A stretch of 64,000 bases of DNA, taken from contig JACONH010000001.1 in NCBI GenBank assembly GCA_014323835.1, positions 27,009 to 91,008 on the forward strand, written 5' to 3'. Below the pieces are notes generated by a model. The model did no database searches. It was not told where the DNA came from and was given only the letters and a program-made list of their open reading frames with translations. How positions within the stretch are numbered: position 1 is the first letter of the stretch; each line of letters opens with the position of its first letter. Source of the stretch: Alphaproteobacteria bacterium GM202ARS2. GTDB taxonomy: Bacteria > Pseudomonadota > Alphaproteobacteria > GM7ARS4. The translations under genes and the position numbers were made by a program. Of this stretch, positions 9,501-19,660 are shown in pieces.

Positions 9501-10196
9501 ATGGCAATTCCTCGCCCGTTACCTGTTGCGGTTCCGCGTCATGTTGCTATTATCATGGATGGTAATGGGCGGTGGGCAAAAGCGAGAGGCTTGCCGATTA
9601 TCGAGGGACACAAACAAGGAATCACCGCACTGCGACGCTGTATCGATGTGTGTTGCCGATATGGGATTGATTATCTCACGGTGTTTGGATTCAGCGATGA
9701 TAACTGGCGGCGACAGCAAAAGGATGTGGACAATTTGATGGACTTGTTGCGGTCTTACTTGATAGACGACAAGGATTGGAAAAAGGAGGGGGTGCGGTTA
9801 CGGGTCATTGGCGAGCGTAAACGCTTAGGCGAGGATATTGCTCGCCTGATTGGCATGAAAGAGCAAGAAACCGCCGAGCAAACCCGCCTGAATTTGACCA
9901 TTGCTTTGAGCTATAGCGGACGCAAAGACATTATGCAGGCGATGGAGCACTTGATACGGCAGAAAAAGACAATCTCGGAGGACAACGTGCGGGGCGTTTT
10001 GTGGACGTCTTTCATGCCGGATCCGGACTTGCTGATTCGCACCTCAGGCGAGATGCGGTTGTCGAACTTTATGCTGTGGCAGACGGCATACAGCGAGTTT
10101 TACTTTACGGATACGCTTTGGCCCGACTTTGACGAGCAAGCGATGGAACAAGCCCTCAGCAGTTATGCGGCGCGCCACCGTCGGTATGGGGCATAA
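9501..10196 (+). CDS. uppS: Undecaprenyl (isoprenyl) diphosphate synthase
   Basis: PRHVAIIMDGNGRWA and IDYLTVFGFSDDNWRR are UPPS motifs. Confidence 0.93.
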   Translation: MAIPRPLPVAVPRHVAIIMDGNGRWAKARGLPIIEGHKQGITALRRCIDVCCRYGIDYLTVFGFSDDNWRRQQKDVDNLMDLLRSYLIDDKDWKKEGVRLRVIGERKRLGEDIARLIGMKEQETAEQTRLNLTIALSYSGRKDIMQAMEHLIRQKKTISEDNVRGVLWTSFMPDPDLLIRTSGEMRLSNFMLWQTAYSEFYFTDTLWPDFDEQAMEQALSSYAARHRRYGA

Positions 10197-10202
10197 GCGG
10201 TT

Positions 10203-10862
10203 ATGCCGTCCCTCAGCCCCTTAGGTTTACGTCTGGTAACAGCGCTGTGGGGCGTGCCGTTGATTTTAGGGGTCGTCTGGTTGGGGGGCTGGCTCTATGG
10301 CGTGCTTGTCGCGGCGTTGGGGCTTGCGTCCCTTTATGAGCTGGTGCAGCTAACACAAAAAAAAGGCGTGTGGTTTTGGCTCGCTGGTGTTTACGTAACC
10401 GCTGCTTGTGCCTGTTTGCTGGCGTTGCCCTCGATGGCATTGCCACAAGTATTCGGTGCGGATTTTCCGTTGGTGATTGCCTTAATAACGTTGGTGTGGG
10501 TCAATGATACCGTAGCGTATGTTGGCGGCAAAGCCATTGGCGGTGCACGCTTGATGCCGGCTATCAGCCCCAACAAAACATGGGCGGGGCTGATGGTGTC
10601 GCTGGTTGTGACAACTGCTTATGGCGCGGCTTTTATTGTTTGGTGGACGCAGGAGGTCTCGTGGGCAGTCGCCCTTATGGTTGCTTTTGGTGCTTCTGTG
10701 GTTGCCCACGTGGGCGATGCCGGCGAATCCCTCTATAAGCGGTGGGCGGGCGTCAAAGATAGCGGCGCGTGGCTGCCCGGGCATGGTGGCATTCTCGACC
10801 GATTCGATTCGTTGTATGCGGTTGCTCTTGTCAGTTTTGTCGTATTAACGTCTTTGCGTTAA
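10203..10862 (+). CDS. cdsA: Phosphatidate cytidylyltransferase
   Basis: Polytopic membrane protein carrying the C-terminal CdsA signature SLYKRWAGVKDSGAWLPGHGGILDRFDS. Confidence 0.88.
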   Translation: MPSLSPLGLRLVTALWGVPLILGVVWLGGWLYGVLVAALGLASLYELVQLTQKKGVWFWLAGVYVTAACACLLALPSMALPQVFGADFPLVIALITLVWVNDTVAYVGGKAIGGARLMPAISPNKTWAGLMVSLVVTTAYGAAFIVWWTQEVSWAVALMVAFGASVVAHVGDAGESLYKRWAGVKDSGAWLPGHGGILDRFDSLYAVALVSFVVLTSLR

Positions 10863-10921
10863 CGGCTTGGACGATTTATAGTAGCGACACTATTCACTCA
10901 ACGGGAGGGATGATAGAACGT

Positions 10922-12142
10922 ATGACACGAGTTACGAACAATCAAAAGGCACAGGGACGTAGAACGGTTACGGTGTTGGGCTCGACGGGCTCTATTGGTT
11001 TGAGCACTGTTGATGTTTTGCTTCGTGAGCGTGATGCTTATGACATTATGGCGTTGACGGCCCATAGCCGTGTTGATGCGTTGATTGAGCAAGCGTTGCA
11101 TGTGCGTCCGCGCCGTGCGGTTATTGGCGATGAGCGTCACTATGGGCGTCTGCGGGAGGGCTTGGCGGGCAGTGGCATCGAAGCGGCGGCAGGGAGCGAT
11201 GCCGTCGTCGAGGCTGCTTGTATGGATGCCGAGTGGGTCATGGCGGCGATTGTTGGGGCGACGGCGTTACGGCCCGTGATGGCGGCGGTGCAACGAGGCT
11301 GCACGCTGGCTTTGGCAAACAAAGAGACGCTGGTATGTGCGGGTCATCTTATTCTCGAGGCTGCTCGCCGTCATGGCACCACCATTATTCCTGTGGACTC
11401 GGAGCATTCGGCTATTTTCCAAGTCTTCGAACAAGAGCACATCGACAGCATCGATAAAATCATTTTGACCGCATCGGGAGGCCCCTTTTGGAACTGTCGC
11501 CAAGCTGAGCTTGTGCGTGTAACGCCGCGCCAAGCTCTTGCTCATCCGAATTGGGATATGGGGGCAAAGATTTCTATTGATTCGGCAACCATGATGAATA
11601 AGGGGCTCGAGTTTATTGAAGCCTGCCAGCTGTTTCCTGTTGCGCAGTCACAGATAGAGGTTGTGATTCATCCGCAATCGATTGTTCATTCGGGGGTGTG
11701 CTACAAGGATGGCTCGTTTTTGGCGCAGATGGGTGTGCCGGACATGCGCACGCCTATCAGCTACGCTTTGGGCTGGCCTAGACGTATGGACTCGCCGGTG
11801 AAAACCCTTGATTTGACGGATATTACCACGTTGACGTTTCACAAGACGGACGATAGCAAATTTCCGTCGTTGGCTTTGGCACGGCAGTGTCAACAGCAGG
11901 GCGGCAGTGCGCCGATTATTTTGAATGCGGCAAATGAAGTAGCGGTAGAAGCCTTTTTGCAAGAGCGCATTGGCTTCTGTGACATCTTTGCGGTTGTGGA
12001 AGAGACGCTGGCAGACAGCACCAGCAACAAGCCGACAACTCTAGAGGACGTCTTTGCCTGTGATGAAAAAGCCCGCCAAGACGCTCGGGCGTGGGTCACG
12101 CACAAAAACACCCACATGCGTGCTTCGGTGGTGGGGGGATAG
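10922..12142 (+). CDS. dxr: 1-deoxy-D-xylulose 5-phosphate reductoisomerase
   Basis: The Met MTRVTNNQ... leads to VTVLGSTGSIGLSTVDVL and LANKETLVCAG. GGGAGGG lies 12 nt upstream. The track ORF start at 10769 is upstream, inside cdsA. Confidence 0.9.
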   Translation: MTRVTNNQKAQGRRTVTVLGSTGSIGLSTVDVLLRERDAYDIMALTAHSRVDALIEQALHVRPRRAVIGDERHYGRLREGLAGSGIEAAAGSDAVVEAACMDAEWVMAAIVGATALRPVMAAVQRGCTLALANKETLVCAGHLILEAARRHGTTIIPVDSEHSAIFQVFEQEHIDSIDKIILTASGGPFWNCRQAELVRVTPRQALAHPNWDMGAKISIDSATMMNKGLEFIEACQLFPVAQSQIEVVIHPQSIVHSGVCYKDGSFLAQMGVPDMRTPISYALGWPRRMDSPVKTLDLTDITTLTFHKTDDSKFPSLALARQCQQQGGSAPIILNAANEVAVEAFLQERIGFCDIFAVVEETLADSTSNKPTTLEDVFACDEKARQDARAWVTHKNTHMRASVVGG

Positions 12143-13249
12143 ATGGATATTCTCGCAACGCTGTCCTCAGGGATTGGGGGCATTGTGCCGGTGATTCTGG
12201 TTATTAGCGTCTTGGTTTTCGTTCACGAGTGGGGACACTATGCGGTTGCCCGCTGGTATGGCGTGCATGTGGATGTCTTTTCTATTGGCTTTGGGCCCGA
12301 GCTGGGGCATGTCATGGATAAAGCAGGGACACGCTGGCGGTTTGCCCTTATTCCTTTAGGGGGTTACGTCAAGTTTCGTGGGGACGAGGATGCCACCTCG
12401 ATGAAGGCGGCACAGCCGACTGAAGCGGGCGACATCCAGAGCGGACACTTTCACGCGCAGCCGTTGCTGCCGAAAATCTGGATTTTGCTAGCGGGGCCCG
12501 CTGCCAACATTGTTTTTGCTCTTCTTGTGTTATGGGCGTTTTATTTCAGCCATGGCATTGCGGTCATCGAGCCCATCGTTGGCAAAGTCGTCCCTGATAG
12601 CCTTGCCGAGCGTTATGGCATACAGGAAAACGACCATATTCTTGCTATCGATGAACAGGATGTTGATGACTTTCTTGCGATGCGGGCGTTGATTCAGAGT
12701 CACGAGGCGGGCACGGACATGACGATTGTGCTGTTACGTGAAGGTCAGCAGCTGAGGCTGGTTATTCCTGAAATGGCGAGTTCGACGTTGGGTTTTTATG
12801 CGACGGGTTCTGTGCGCGAAAAGGATGGGCAGACTCAGCTGCAGGAGACGGGGCTAGGCGATAGTCTTGTTTTGGCGTGGAATGAGACGTGGTTTATCAG
12901 CGGGGCGATTATCCGCTTTATTGGCAAAATTGTGCGCGGCGATGGCTCGATGGACGATGTCGGCGGGCCCGTGCGCATCGCCGAAGGCACTTCGATGGCG
13001 TGGGAACAAGGATGGGCATCCCTCGTGCGGTTGGTCGCTCTTATATCGATTAATCTCGGCATTTTTAACTTGCTCCCCATACCGCCCCTTGACGGCGGAC
13101 AAATTTTCCTGTATGTGGCAGAGAAGGTCGGCAAAAGAAACAGCGAAGCCCTACGAATCTGGGGCTATCAACTCGGGTTTTTCTTCCTTATCACAGTGCT
13201 TGTTTTTGTTACATGGCATGATATCGTGCGTCTCATCGGTAACGGCTAA
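12143..13249 (+). CDS. rseP: RIP zinc metalloprotease (site-2 protease)
   Basis: HEWGHYAVARWYGV (HExxH) lies in the first TM helix. A PDZ-like middle segment and a C-terminal LDGG motif (NLLPIPPLDGGQIF) are present. Confidence 0.9.
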   Translation: MDILATLSSGIGGIVPVILVISVLVFVHEWGHYAVARWYGVHVDVFSIGFGPELGHVMDKAGTRWRFALIPLGGYVKFRGDEDATSMKAAQPTEAGDIQSGHFHAQPLLPKIWILLAGPAANIVFALLVLWAFYFSHGIAVIEPIVGKVVPDSLAERYGIQENDHILAIDEQDVDDFLAMRALIQSHEAGTDMTIVLLREGQQLRLVIPEMASSTLGFYATGSVREKDGQTQLQETGLGDSLVLAWNETWFISGAIIRFIGKIVRGDGSMDDVGGPVRIAEGTSMAWEQGWASLVRLVALISINLGIFNLLPIPPLDGGQIFLYVAEKVGKRNSEALRIWGYQLGFFFLITVLVFVTWHDIVRLIGNG

Positions 13250-13270
13250 ACAGGGGCGAAAGGCGACAAA

Positions 13271-15658
13271 ATGACACCATACGTTCAAACCTTACGTGGC
13301 TACAAATACGCCGTTGCTACGCTCGTGTTGGCAACAGCCGTGGCGGGCGTCTTGGCGACTCCTCTTCCGGCAGAAGCTGGGGGGACAGGCGGGGCTGGCG
13401 GGGCAGGGAGGGCAGGGGGGGGTGGCACGCAAATCCCAGAAGGCTCACGGGTCATCAAAGACATTATCGTTAATGGCAATCAGCGTATCGCTTCCGAGAC
13501 GGTGATTTCCTATGCGGGCATCGAAGTGGGGGGGCCCTATAATGACGAGATTTTTTCTGCTGTGGTTAAAAATCTCTTCAAAACGGGCTTTTTCGGTGAT
13601 GTTGCCATTACCGCTAATCCTGATACGGATGTGGTGGTTATTTCTCTGCAAGAGAATCCGATTATCAACCGTATCGTTTTTGAGGGCAACAACGACATTA
13701 GCACCGAGAACCTTATGAACGAGGTTAATTTGCGTCCGCGTGTGGTTTATACCCGCACGAAAGTGCAACAGGCAACGGAGCGTCTCTTGGAGATTTATCG
13801 CCGCAGTGGACGCTTTTCAGCGAGGGTGGTGCCCAAGATTATCGAGCGTGCCGATAATCGGGTGGACTTGATCTTCGAAGTCGATGAAGGGCAGGTGACT
13901 CGTGTGTCTCGTATCATTTTTGTGGGTAATCGTGCTTTTGCCGACTCGACGTTGAAGGGCGAGATTCTGACGGAAGAGTCACGCTGGTATCGTTTTTTCA
14001 GTAGCGATGATACGTATGACCCCGACAGAGTGGCGTATGACCGCGAGCTGTTGCGGCGTTTTTATCTGCGTAATGGTTATGTTGATTTTTCGGTTGTGTC
14101 GGATTTGGGGGAGCTGACTCCGGATAGGCAGAGTTTTATCATCACGTATACGTTGCGGGAGGGTAAGCGTTATCGAGTGGGTAAGCGTTCGGTTATTAGT
14201 CAAGTGGATGACCTTAAGACGGTGGATTTTTCCGATGATATCGAACAAGATGAAGGCGATTGGTATTCGTCCGATGATGTCGATGTGACGGTGCAGAACA
14301 TTACGGATAGGGTGGGGGCGCGGGGCTATGCTTTTGTGTCGGTGCAGCCCCGTATCGAGCGCAATGTCGAGAAGGGGATTGTCAACGTCAATTATCACTT
14401 ACAGGAAGGGGAAAAGATTTTCATCGAGCGTATCAACATTGTTGGTAATAAGCGCACGTTGGACGAAGTGGTGCGCAGAGAATTGTTGGTGCAGGAGGGC
14501 GATGCGTTTAATACGGAGCTGATACGGCGGTCGAGGGAAGAACTGAATCGTTTGGGTCTGTTTTCTTCTGTGGACGTGCGTAATCGTCCGGGCGGTGTGC
14601 CGGACAGCACTGTTATTGATACGGACGTGCGGGAAACAGCCACTGGCGAGTTGTCGGTGGGCGCGGGCTTCTCAACGACGGATGGCGCGATTGGCAACCT
14701 GCGTATCCGTGAGCGTAATTTTCTTGGCAAGAATCAGGACTTGCTCTTTTCCTTTAACTTGTCGTCAAGGCGACAGGACTTCGATGTGTCGTTTACGGAG
14801 CCGTATCTTTTTGACCGCAAGGTTTCAGGGGGTATTGACTTATACCGCTTGCGGCGTGACTACGAGGACGAGGCTGGTTACATCAGCACCACTGTTGGTA
14901 CGGGGTTACGTTTTGGCTATCGGATTTTTCCTCGTTTGACGCAGAATTGGCGCTATAGCATCGATTCATCGAGCATCGATGAAACCAATCGTGAGAATTC
15001 GTTGTTGCGCAGTGATGATGGCTCGACGTCGGCTTTGACGCAGTCGTTGATTTATGACGATAGGAATTCGACGTTTAATCCGACGGAAGGGTTTTACTCG
15101 AATGCGAGTGTTACGTATGCGGGCTTGGGTGGCTCTTTTGCTTATTGGCAGTTTACGGCTCGTTTGGCGTATTATTATCCGTTCGCGCCGGATTGGATTG
15201 GTCGCCTGCAAGCCCACGGCGGCCACATTCAAAAAGCACGAGGAAAAGTCATTCGAACAACCGACCGATTCTTTGTTGGCGGCGATGACTTCCGTGGCTT
15301 TGAGTTTTACGGCATAGGGCCTCGAGATAGAAACAATGACGACTCCCTTGGCGGCGAGACGTATTATGTTGTCCAGTATGAGCAAGGTTTTCCGATTGGT
15401 TTGCCGCAAGAGTTGGGCATAGAAGGACGTGCTTTTATTGATTTTGGTTCGCTGTTTGATGTAGAATATAGTGACCTCAGCGATGATGACTTGCAAGAGA
15501 GGGCATACCTTGATAAAACGCCAAGGATATCTATAGGAGCTGGTTTTGCGTGGTCTTCGCCTTTTGGGCCTGTGCGCATATACTTTGGCTTTCCTATTAA
15601 GAAACAGCCTTATGACCGCCGCGAGACGTTGCGTTTTACGTTTGGCACTCGGTTTTAA
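13271..15658 (+). CDS. bamA: Outer membrane protein assembly factor BamA (Omp85)
   Basis: 795 aa. Signal peptide, POTRA-like repeats, and a C-terminal beta-barrel ending ...LRFTFGTRF. A Gly-rich insert GGTGGAGGAGRAGGGGT follows the signal peptide. Confidence 0.93.
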   Translation: MTPYVQTLRGYKYAVATLVLATAVAGVLATPLPAEAGGTGGAGGAGRAGGGGTQIPEGSRVIKDIIVNGNQRIASETVISYAGIEVGGPYNDEIFSAVVKNLFKTGFFGDVAITANPDTDVVVISLQENPIINRIVFEGNNDISTENLMNEVNLRPRVVYTRTKVQQATERLLEIYRRSGRFSARVVPKIIERADNRVDLIFEVDEGQVTRVSRIIFVGNRAFADSTLKGEILTEESRWYRFFSSDDTYDPDRVAYDRELLRRFYLRNGYVDFSVVSDLGELTPDRQSFIITYTLREGKRYRVGKRSVISQVDDLKTVDFSDDIEQDEGDWYSSDDVDVTVQNITDRVGARGYAFVSVQPRIERNVEKGIVNVNYHLQEGEKIFIERINIVGNKRTLDEVVRRELLVQEGDAFNTELIRRSREELNRLGLFSSVDVRNRPGGVPDSTVIDTDVRETATGELSVGAGFSTTDGAIGNLRIRERNFLGKNQDLLFSFNLSSRRQDFDVSFTEPYLFDRKVSGGIDLYRLRRDYEDEAGYISTTVGTGLRFGYRIFPRLTQNWRYSIDSSSIDETNRENSLLRSDDGSTSALTQSLIYDDRNSTFNPTEGFYSNASVTYAGLGGSFAYWQFTARLAYYYPFAPDWIGRLQAHGGHIQKARGKVIRTTDRFFVGGDDFRGFEFYGIGPRDRNNDDSLGGETYYVVQYEQGFPIGLPQELGIEGRAFIDFGSLFDVEYSDLSDDDLQERAYLDKTPRISIGAGFAWSSPFGPVRIYFGFPIKKQPYDRRETLRFTFGTRF

Positions 15659-15691
15659 GGGGGTGGGAGGGGTAACCGTAACAACAAGGAG

Positions 15692-16330
15692 ATGATGATG
15701 ATGCGGAACTATACGATGGTCGTGCTGGCGATGCTGGCACTGGTGGCTCTGCCGAGCGAGTCTGTCGCGGGCGGAAGCAGTAAAGGCAAGAAAGCCGAGA
15801 TTACTGTCCCGGGGACGCGGGTGGGCGTGATCGACATTCAGGCGATTTTGCGTGACTCGAAAGCCGCTCAAAGCTTGCGAGAGCAGGTGGACAAAGAGAC
15901 CAGAAAATACCGTGACCAGTGGGTCAAACGGCGCGACAAGATCAAAGACATGCAGCAAGACCTCGAGCGTCAGCGCGGTCTTTTGTCGCAGGATGCCTTC
16001 GACAAGAAGTATCGTGAGTGGGAAAAAGAAGCGACCGCCTTTAACCGCGAGGTGAAAGGACGGGAAGACGAGCTCACGCTTGCGTCTAACGAGGCACTGG
16101 CTTTGCTGAACGAAGACCTGTTGAAGATTATTCAGCAGCTGAAGCTGAAGAGTAATGTCAATCTTGTTGTGGGACGTAGTCAGGTTCTGATTATGGACGA
16201 CCAGATGGATTTGACTCCGCATGCGTTGAAGGCTCTGGATAAGGCTCGTCCCAAGATTAACTTGGATATCGCTAAGGCGTCAGAGAAGCTGAAAGAAGTC
16301 CGCGAGAAGCAACAGCAGCAAAACAACTAG
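15692..16330 (+). CDS. skp: OmpH/Skp-family periplasmic chaperone
   Basis: Signal peptide, Lys/Glu/Gln-rich coiled-coil protein of 212 aa, conserved position between bamA and lpxD. Confidence 0.8.
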   Translation: MMMMRNYTMVVLAMLALVALPSESVAGGSSKGKKAEITVPGTRVGVIDIQAILRDSKAAQSLREQVDKETRKYRDQWVKRRDKIKDMQQDLERQRGLLSQDAFDKKYREWEKEATAFNREVKGREDELTLASNEALALLNEDLLKIIQQLKLKSNVNLVVGRSQVLIMDDQMDLTPHALKALDKARPKINLDIAKASEKLKEVREKQQQQNN

Positions 16331-16405
16331 TTGGCTGTTGGGCATCCTATCACACGCATGTAGAGTGTAAGGTGCCCCTATCACACGTGGTGTGGATGGA
16401 ATCTG

Positions 16406-17476
16406 TTGATGGCGGATGAGCGTTTGTTTCACAATCATGGTCCCCTCCCCTTAGGCGAGATAGCCGAGCGGGTGGGTGCTCGCTTGGCGGAGTCGTCGCA
16501 TGGGGCGCGGGTCATTTCTTCGTTGTCGTCTTTGGAGTCGGCAACGGAGGATGACATCAGCTTTTTCGATAACAAGAAGTATTTGTCGGCTTTTCAGGCG
16601 AGTCGTGCGGGTGCGTGCATCGTGCAGGAGTCGGTTGTGTCTTCTGCTCCGGCGGGCATGGCTTTGTTGTTGAGCGCGATGCCTTACTTGACGTATGCTC
16701 GTGTGGGGCGGTTGTTTTACAGCGAGGTAACGGCAGGAGGGCAAGGGGGAAAGAACGTGCATGAGTCGGCGGTGGTTGCCCCGGGCGCGCAGCTGGGTAA
16801 GGGGTGTTCTCTTGCTGCGGGCGTGGTTATCGAGAATGGCGCGCAGATAGGTGAGGGCTGTGTCATTGGCGCACATAGCGTTATTGGCGCGCACTGCACT
16901 CTTGGGCGTGATTGTATCTTGGGGAGTCATGTGTCGTTGTCTCATGCGGTGGTGGGCGAGCGAGTCCATATTCATGCGGGGGCGCGTATCGGGCAGGAGG
17001 GATTCGGCTTTGCACCGGATGGGCAGGGCGGATTCGAAACTGTTCTGCAGTTGGGGCGTGTGGTTGTGGGCAACGATGTTGTTATTGGCGCGAATACAAC
17101 GATAGATAGGGGCAGCTTGCAGGATACGGTGATTGGCGCGCATTGTCGCATTGATAATTTGGTGCATATTGCTCATAATGTGGTGTTGGGCAGGGGCTGT
17201 ATATTGGCAGGGCAGGTCGGCATTTCTGGTAGCACGCGCTTTGGTGATTATTGTATGATTGGCGGGCAGGTCGGATTCAGCGGTCATTCGAAGGTGGGCT
17301 CAAAGGTCTCTATCGCAGCAAAAAGTGGAGTCATGCGAGATATTGCCGATGGAGAAAAGGTCGCGGGCATACCGGCGGTGCCGGTACGGCAGTGGCACAA
17401 ACAGACGTTGGTGTTGGGGAAACTGGCGGGGCGTCATTCGGGACATAAGCTGGCACAGGTAAAAAAAGAGACGTAA
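16406..17476 (+). CDS. lpxD: UDP-3-O-(3-hydroxyacyl)glucosamine N-acyltransferase
   Basis: The N-terminal domain is followed by hexapeptide left-handed beta-helix repeats (IGxxxxIGAHxxIG...). Synteny skp-lpxD-fabZ-lpxA. Confidence 0.92.
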   Translation: MMADERLFHNHGPLPLGEIAERVGARLAESSHGARVISSLSSLESATEDDISFFDNKKYLSAFQASRAGACIVQESVVSSAPAGMALLLSAMPYLTYARVGRLFYSEVTAGGQGGKNVHESAVVAPGAQLGKGCSLAAGVVIENGAQIGEGCVIGAHSVIGAHCTLGRDCILGSHVSLSHAVVGERVHIHAGARIGQEGFGFAPDGQGGFETVLQLGRVVVGNDVVIGANTTIDRGSLQDTVIGAHCRIDNLVHIAHNVVLGRGCILAGQVGISGSTRFGDYCMIGGQVGFSGHSKVGSKVSIAAKSGVMRDIADGEKVAGIPAVPVRQWHKQTLVLGKLAGRHSGHKLAQVKKET

Positions 17477-17478
17477 AA

Positions 17479-17967
17479 ATGGCGGACGACAAAGCTGCGA
17501 TGATGAAACGAACGACGCTGTCCTGTGAGGATTTACAGCGTTTGCTTCCGCATCGGTATCCTTTTATGATGTTGGATAGACTGACGGATATTGTGCCGCG
17601 TGAGCGTGCATTGGGTATTAAGAACGTATCGATTAACGAGCCTTTTTTTCAGGGTCATTTTCCTCGTAAGCCGATTATGCCGGGGGTGTTGATTCTCGAG
17701 GCGTTGGCTCAGAGTGCGGGTGCTTTGGTGATGCACTCGTTGGGTTATTATGATGAGGATAGGATTGTTTACTTCATGTCGGTAGAGAAGTTACGTTTCC
17801 GCAACCCGGTGTATCCGGGGGATGTGCTTTTGTTGCAGGTAGAGAAAGTGTTTCAGCGGGGTGCGGTGTGGCGTTTCAAGGGTGATGCGATTATAGACAA
17901 CGAGGACACGAGCAAACGAAAAATCGCAACAGAGGCTGTTTACACGGCAATTATATCGGACGACTAG
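17479..17967 (+). CDS. fabZ: 3-hydroxyacyl-ACP dehydratase
   Basis: LPHRYPFMMLDRLTD...FFQGHFPRKPIMPGVLILEALAQ is a canonical FabZ. Confidence 0.95.
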   Translation: MADDKAAMMKRTTLSCEDLQRLLPHRYPFMMLDRLTDIVPRERALGIKNVSINEPFFQGHFPRKPIMPGVLILEALAQSAGALVMHSLGYYDEDRIVYFMSVEKLRFRNPVYPGDVLLLQVEKVFQRGAVWRFKGDAIIDNEDTSKRKIATEAVYTAIISDD

Positions 17968-18786
17968 ATGACGAAGATAGCAAAAACCGCGGTTATAGAG
18001 CGAGGGGCTCATCTGGATGACGATGTTCGGGTTGGTGATTATAGTATCATTGGTAGCCGTGTGCGTCTGGGTAAGGGCGTGTGCGTTCACTCTCATGTGG
18101 TTATTACGGGCAACACGCAGATAGGCGAGGGCAGTGCGGTTTATCCTTTTGCGTCTTTGGGCGGTAAACCGCAGGACTTGAAGTATCGAGGCGAAGACTC
18201 GACGTTGGTGATTGGTCGCAACGTGACCATACGTGAGCACGTAACCGCGCATCCGGGGACGAAGGGCGGCGGCATGGAGACACGCATAGGGGATAATTGT
18301 TTGGTGATGATTGGCTGTCATATTGCCCATGATTGTGTGTTAGGCAAGCATGTGATTATGGCGAATGGTGCGGCTTTGGCGGGGCATGTGGTGGTGGGCG
18401 ATTACGCGGTGCTGGGCGGCATGAGCGCGGTGCATCAGTATGTCCGTATTGGCAAGTATTCGATGATTGCTGGCTTAAGTGGGGTTGGCAAGGATGTTGT
18501 GCCGTATGGCTTTGTTATGGGCTATCCGGCGGGCTTATGTGCCTTGAATTTGGTGGGGTTGCGCCGTCATGGCTTTAAGCAGGATGCCATTTTTGCGTTA
18601 CGTAAGGCGTTTGGTGCGTTGTTCAAAGGGGGGGTGCCGCCTAAGCAAGCGAGTGCTGAGGTGGCAAAGCAGTATGCTGATAATCCTTTGGTGATGGACG
18701 TGATTGCTTTTATGCAGGACACCAAGCGGGGGGTTTGTGACTATACGACGCAGCGTTATGGTGTGCGTGATGATGACGGGGCGTAA
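17968..18786 (+). CDS. lpxA: Acyl-ACP--UDP-N-acetylglucosamine O-acyltransferase
   Basis: Hexapeptide-repeat protein of 272 aa with an LpxA-type C-terminal domain. Its start codon abuts the fabZ stop. Confidence 0.93.
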   Translation: MTKIAKTAVIERGAHLDDDVRVGDYSIIGSRVRLGKGVCVHSHVVITGNTQIGEGSAVYPFASLGGKPQDLKYRGEDSTLVIGRNVTIREHVTAHPGTKGGGMETRIGDNCLVMIGCHIAHDCVLGKHVIMANGAALAGHVVVGDYAVLGGMSAVHQYVRIGKYSMIAGLSGVGKDVVPYGFVMGYPAGLCALNLVGLRRHGFKQDAIFALRKAFGALFKGGVPPKQASAEVAKQYADNPLVMDVIAFMQDTKRGVCDYTTQRYGVRDDDGA

Positions 18787-19660
18787 GGAGGGGGATAAGG
18801 GAGGGGGAGGGGGGGTTTGTATTATTGCTGGCTCTGGTGCGTTGCCGCGGCGGGTCTATGAGTCGTGTCGTCAGAGCGAGCATTACCGTAACGTGCGTGT
18901 TCTGGCGTTACGGGGCATAGCGGATAAGGATTGGTTGGGGGCGGATGTTGTCCATGAGTGGACGGCGTTGGGGCGTATTGTCAGTGCTTTGGAGCGTCTG
19001 CGGGACGAACACCACGTTGATAGGATTGTGATGGCGGGAGCGGTTACGCGTCCGTCTTTGTCGGCGTTGATGTTGGGAGCGGATAGGCGCACGTTGATTT
19101 TTATCAAGCGTTTTCTGCAGCGTCGGGGCGATGATGACTTGTTGCGGGGCATTGTTGTTGCTTTGGAGGCGGATTTGGGCTTTCGTGTTTTGGGTATCGA
19201 GGATGTGTTGCAGACGTGTTTTGCGCCGGTGGGCTTTTGGGGTCGCCATCGTGCGGATAAGGAGGCGTTGCAGGATATAAGCCGTGCGGTCAAGGTCGCT
19301 TATGTGTTGGGCTCGCAGGATGTGGGACAAGCGGTTGTGGCACAGCAAAACATGGTGTTGGGCGTCGAGGGCATTGAGGGCACACAGAATCTGATAGAGC
19401 GGTGCGGGGCGTTGCAGCGCGAGGGCGCGGGGGGTGTGCTGGTGAAAATCAAGAAACCACAGCAGGAACGCCGTGCTGACTTGCCGGTTGTGGGCGTAGA
19501 GACAGTGCGGGCGTGTGGACAGCAGGGCTTTCAGGGTATTGCCGTTGAGGCGGAGCACGTCATTGTGATGAATCAGGAGGAGATGGTGGCGATGGCGGAT
19601 AAGAGCGGGCTGTTTGTGCTGGGCTTGCGGGTGGCTGATTATGTCGAAAAAAAGCCTTGA
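18770..19660 (+). CDS. lpxI: UDP-2,3-diacylglucosamine hydrolase LpxI (DUF1009)
   Basis: GVCIIAGSGALPRRVYESCRQ... resembles the Caulobacter LpxI N-terminus (LGIIAGGGALP). It sits between lpxA and lpxB as in other alphaproteobacteria. The start is chosen at an ATG overlapping the lpxA end. The track ORF begins earlier, at 18704. Confidence 0.75.
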   Translation: MMTGRKEGDKGGGGGVCIIAGSGALPRRVYESCRQSEHYRNVRVLALRGIADKDWLGADVVHEWTALGRIVSALERLRDEHHVDRIVMAGAVTRPSLSALMLGADRRTLIFIKRFLQRRGDDDLLRGIVVALEADLGFRVLGIEDVLQTCFAPVGFWGRHRADKEALQDISRAVKVAYVLGSQDVGQAVVAQQNMVLGVEGIEGTQNLIERCGALQREGAGGVLVKIKKPQQERRADLPVVGVETVRACGQQGFQGIAVEAEHVIVMNQEEMVAMADKSGLFVLGLRVADYVEKKP

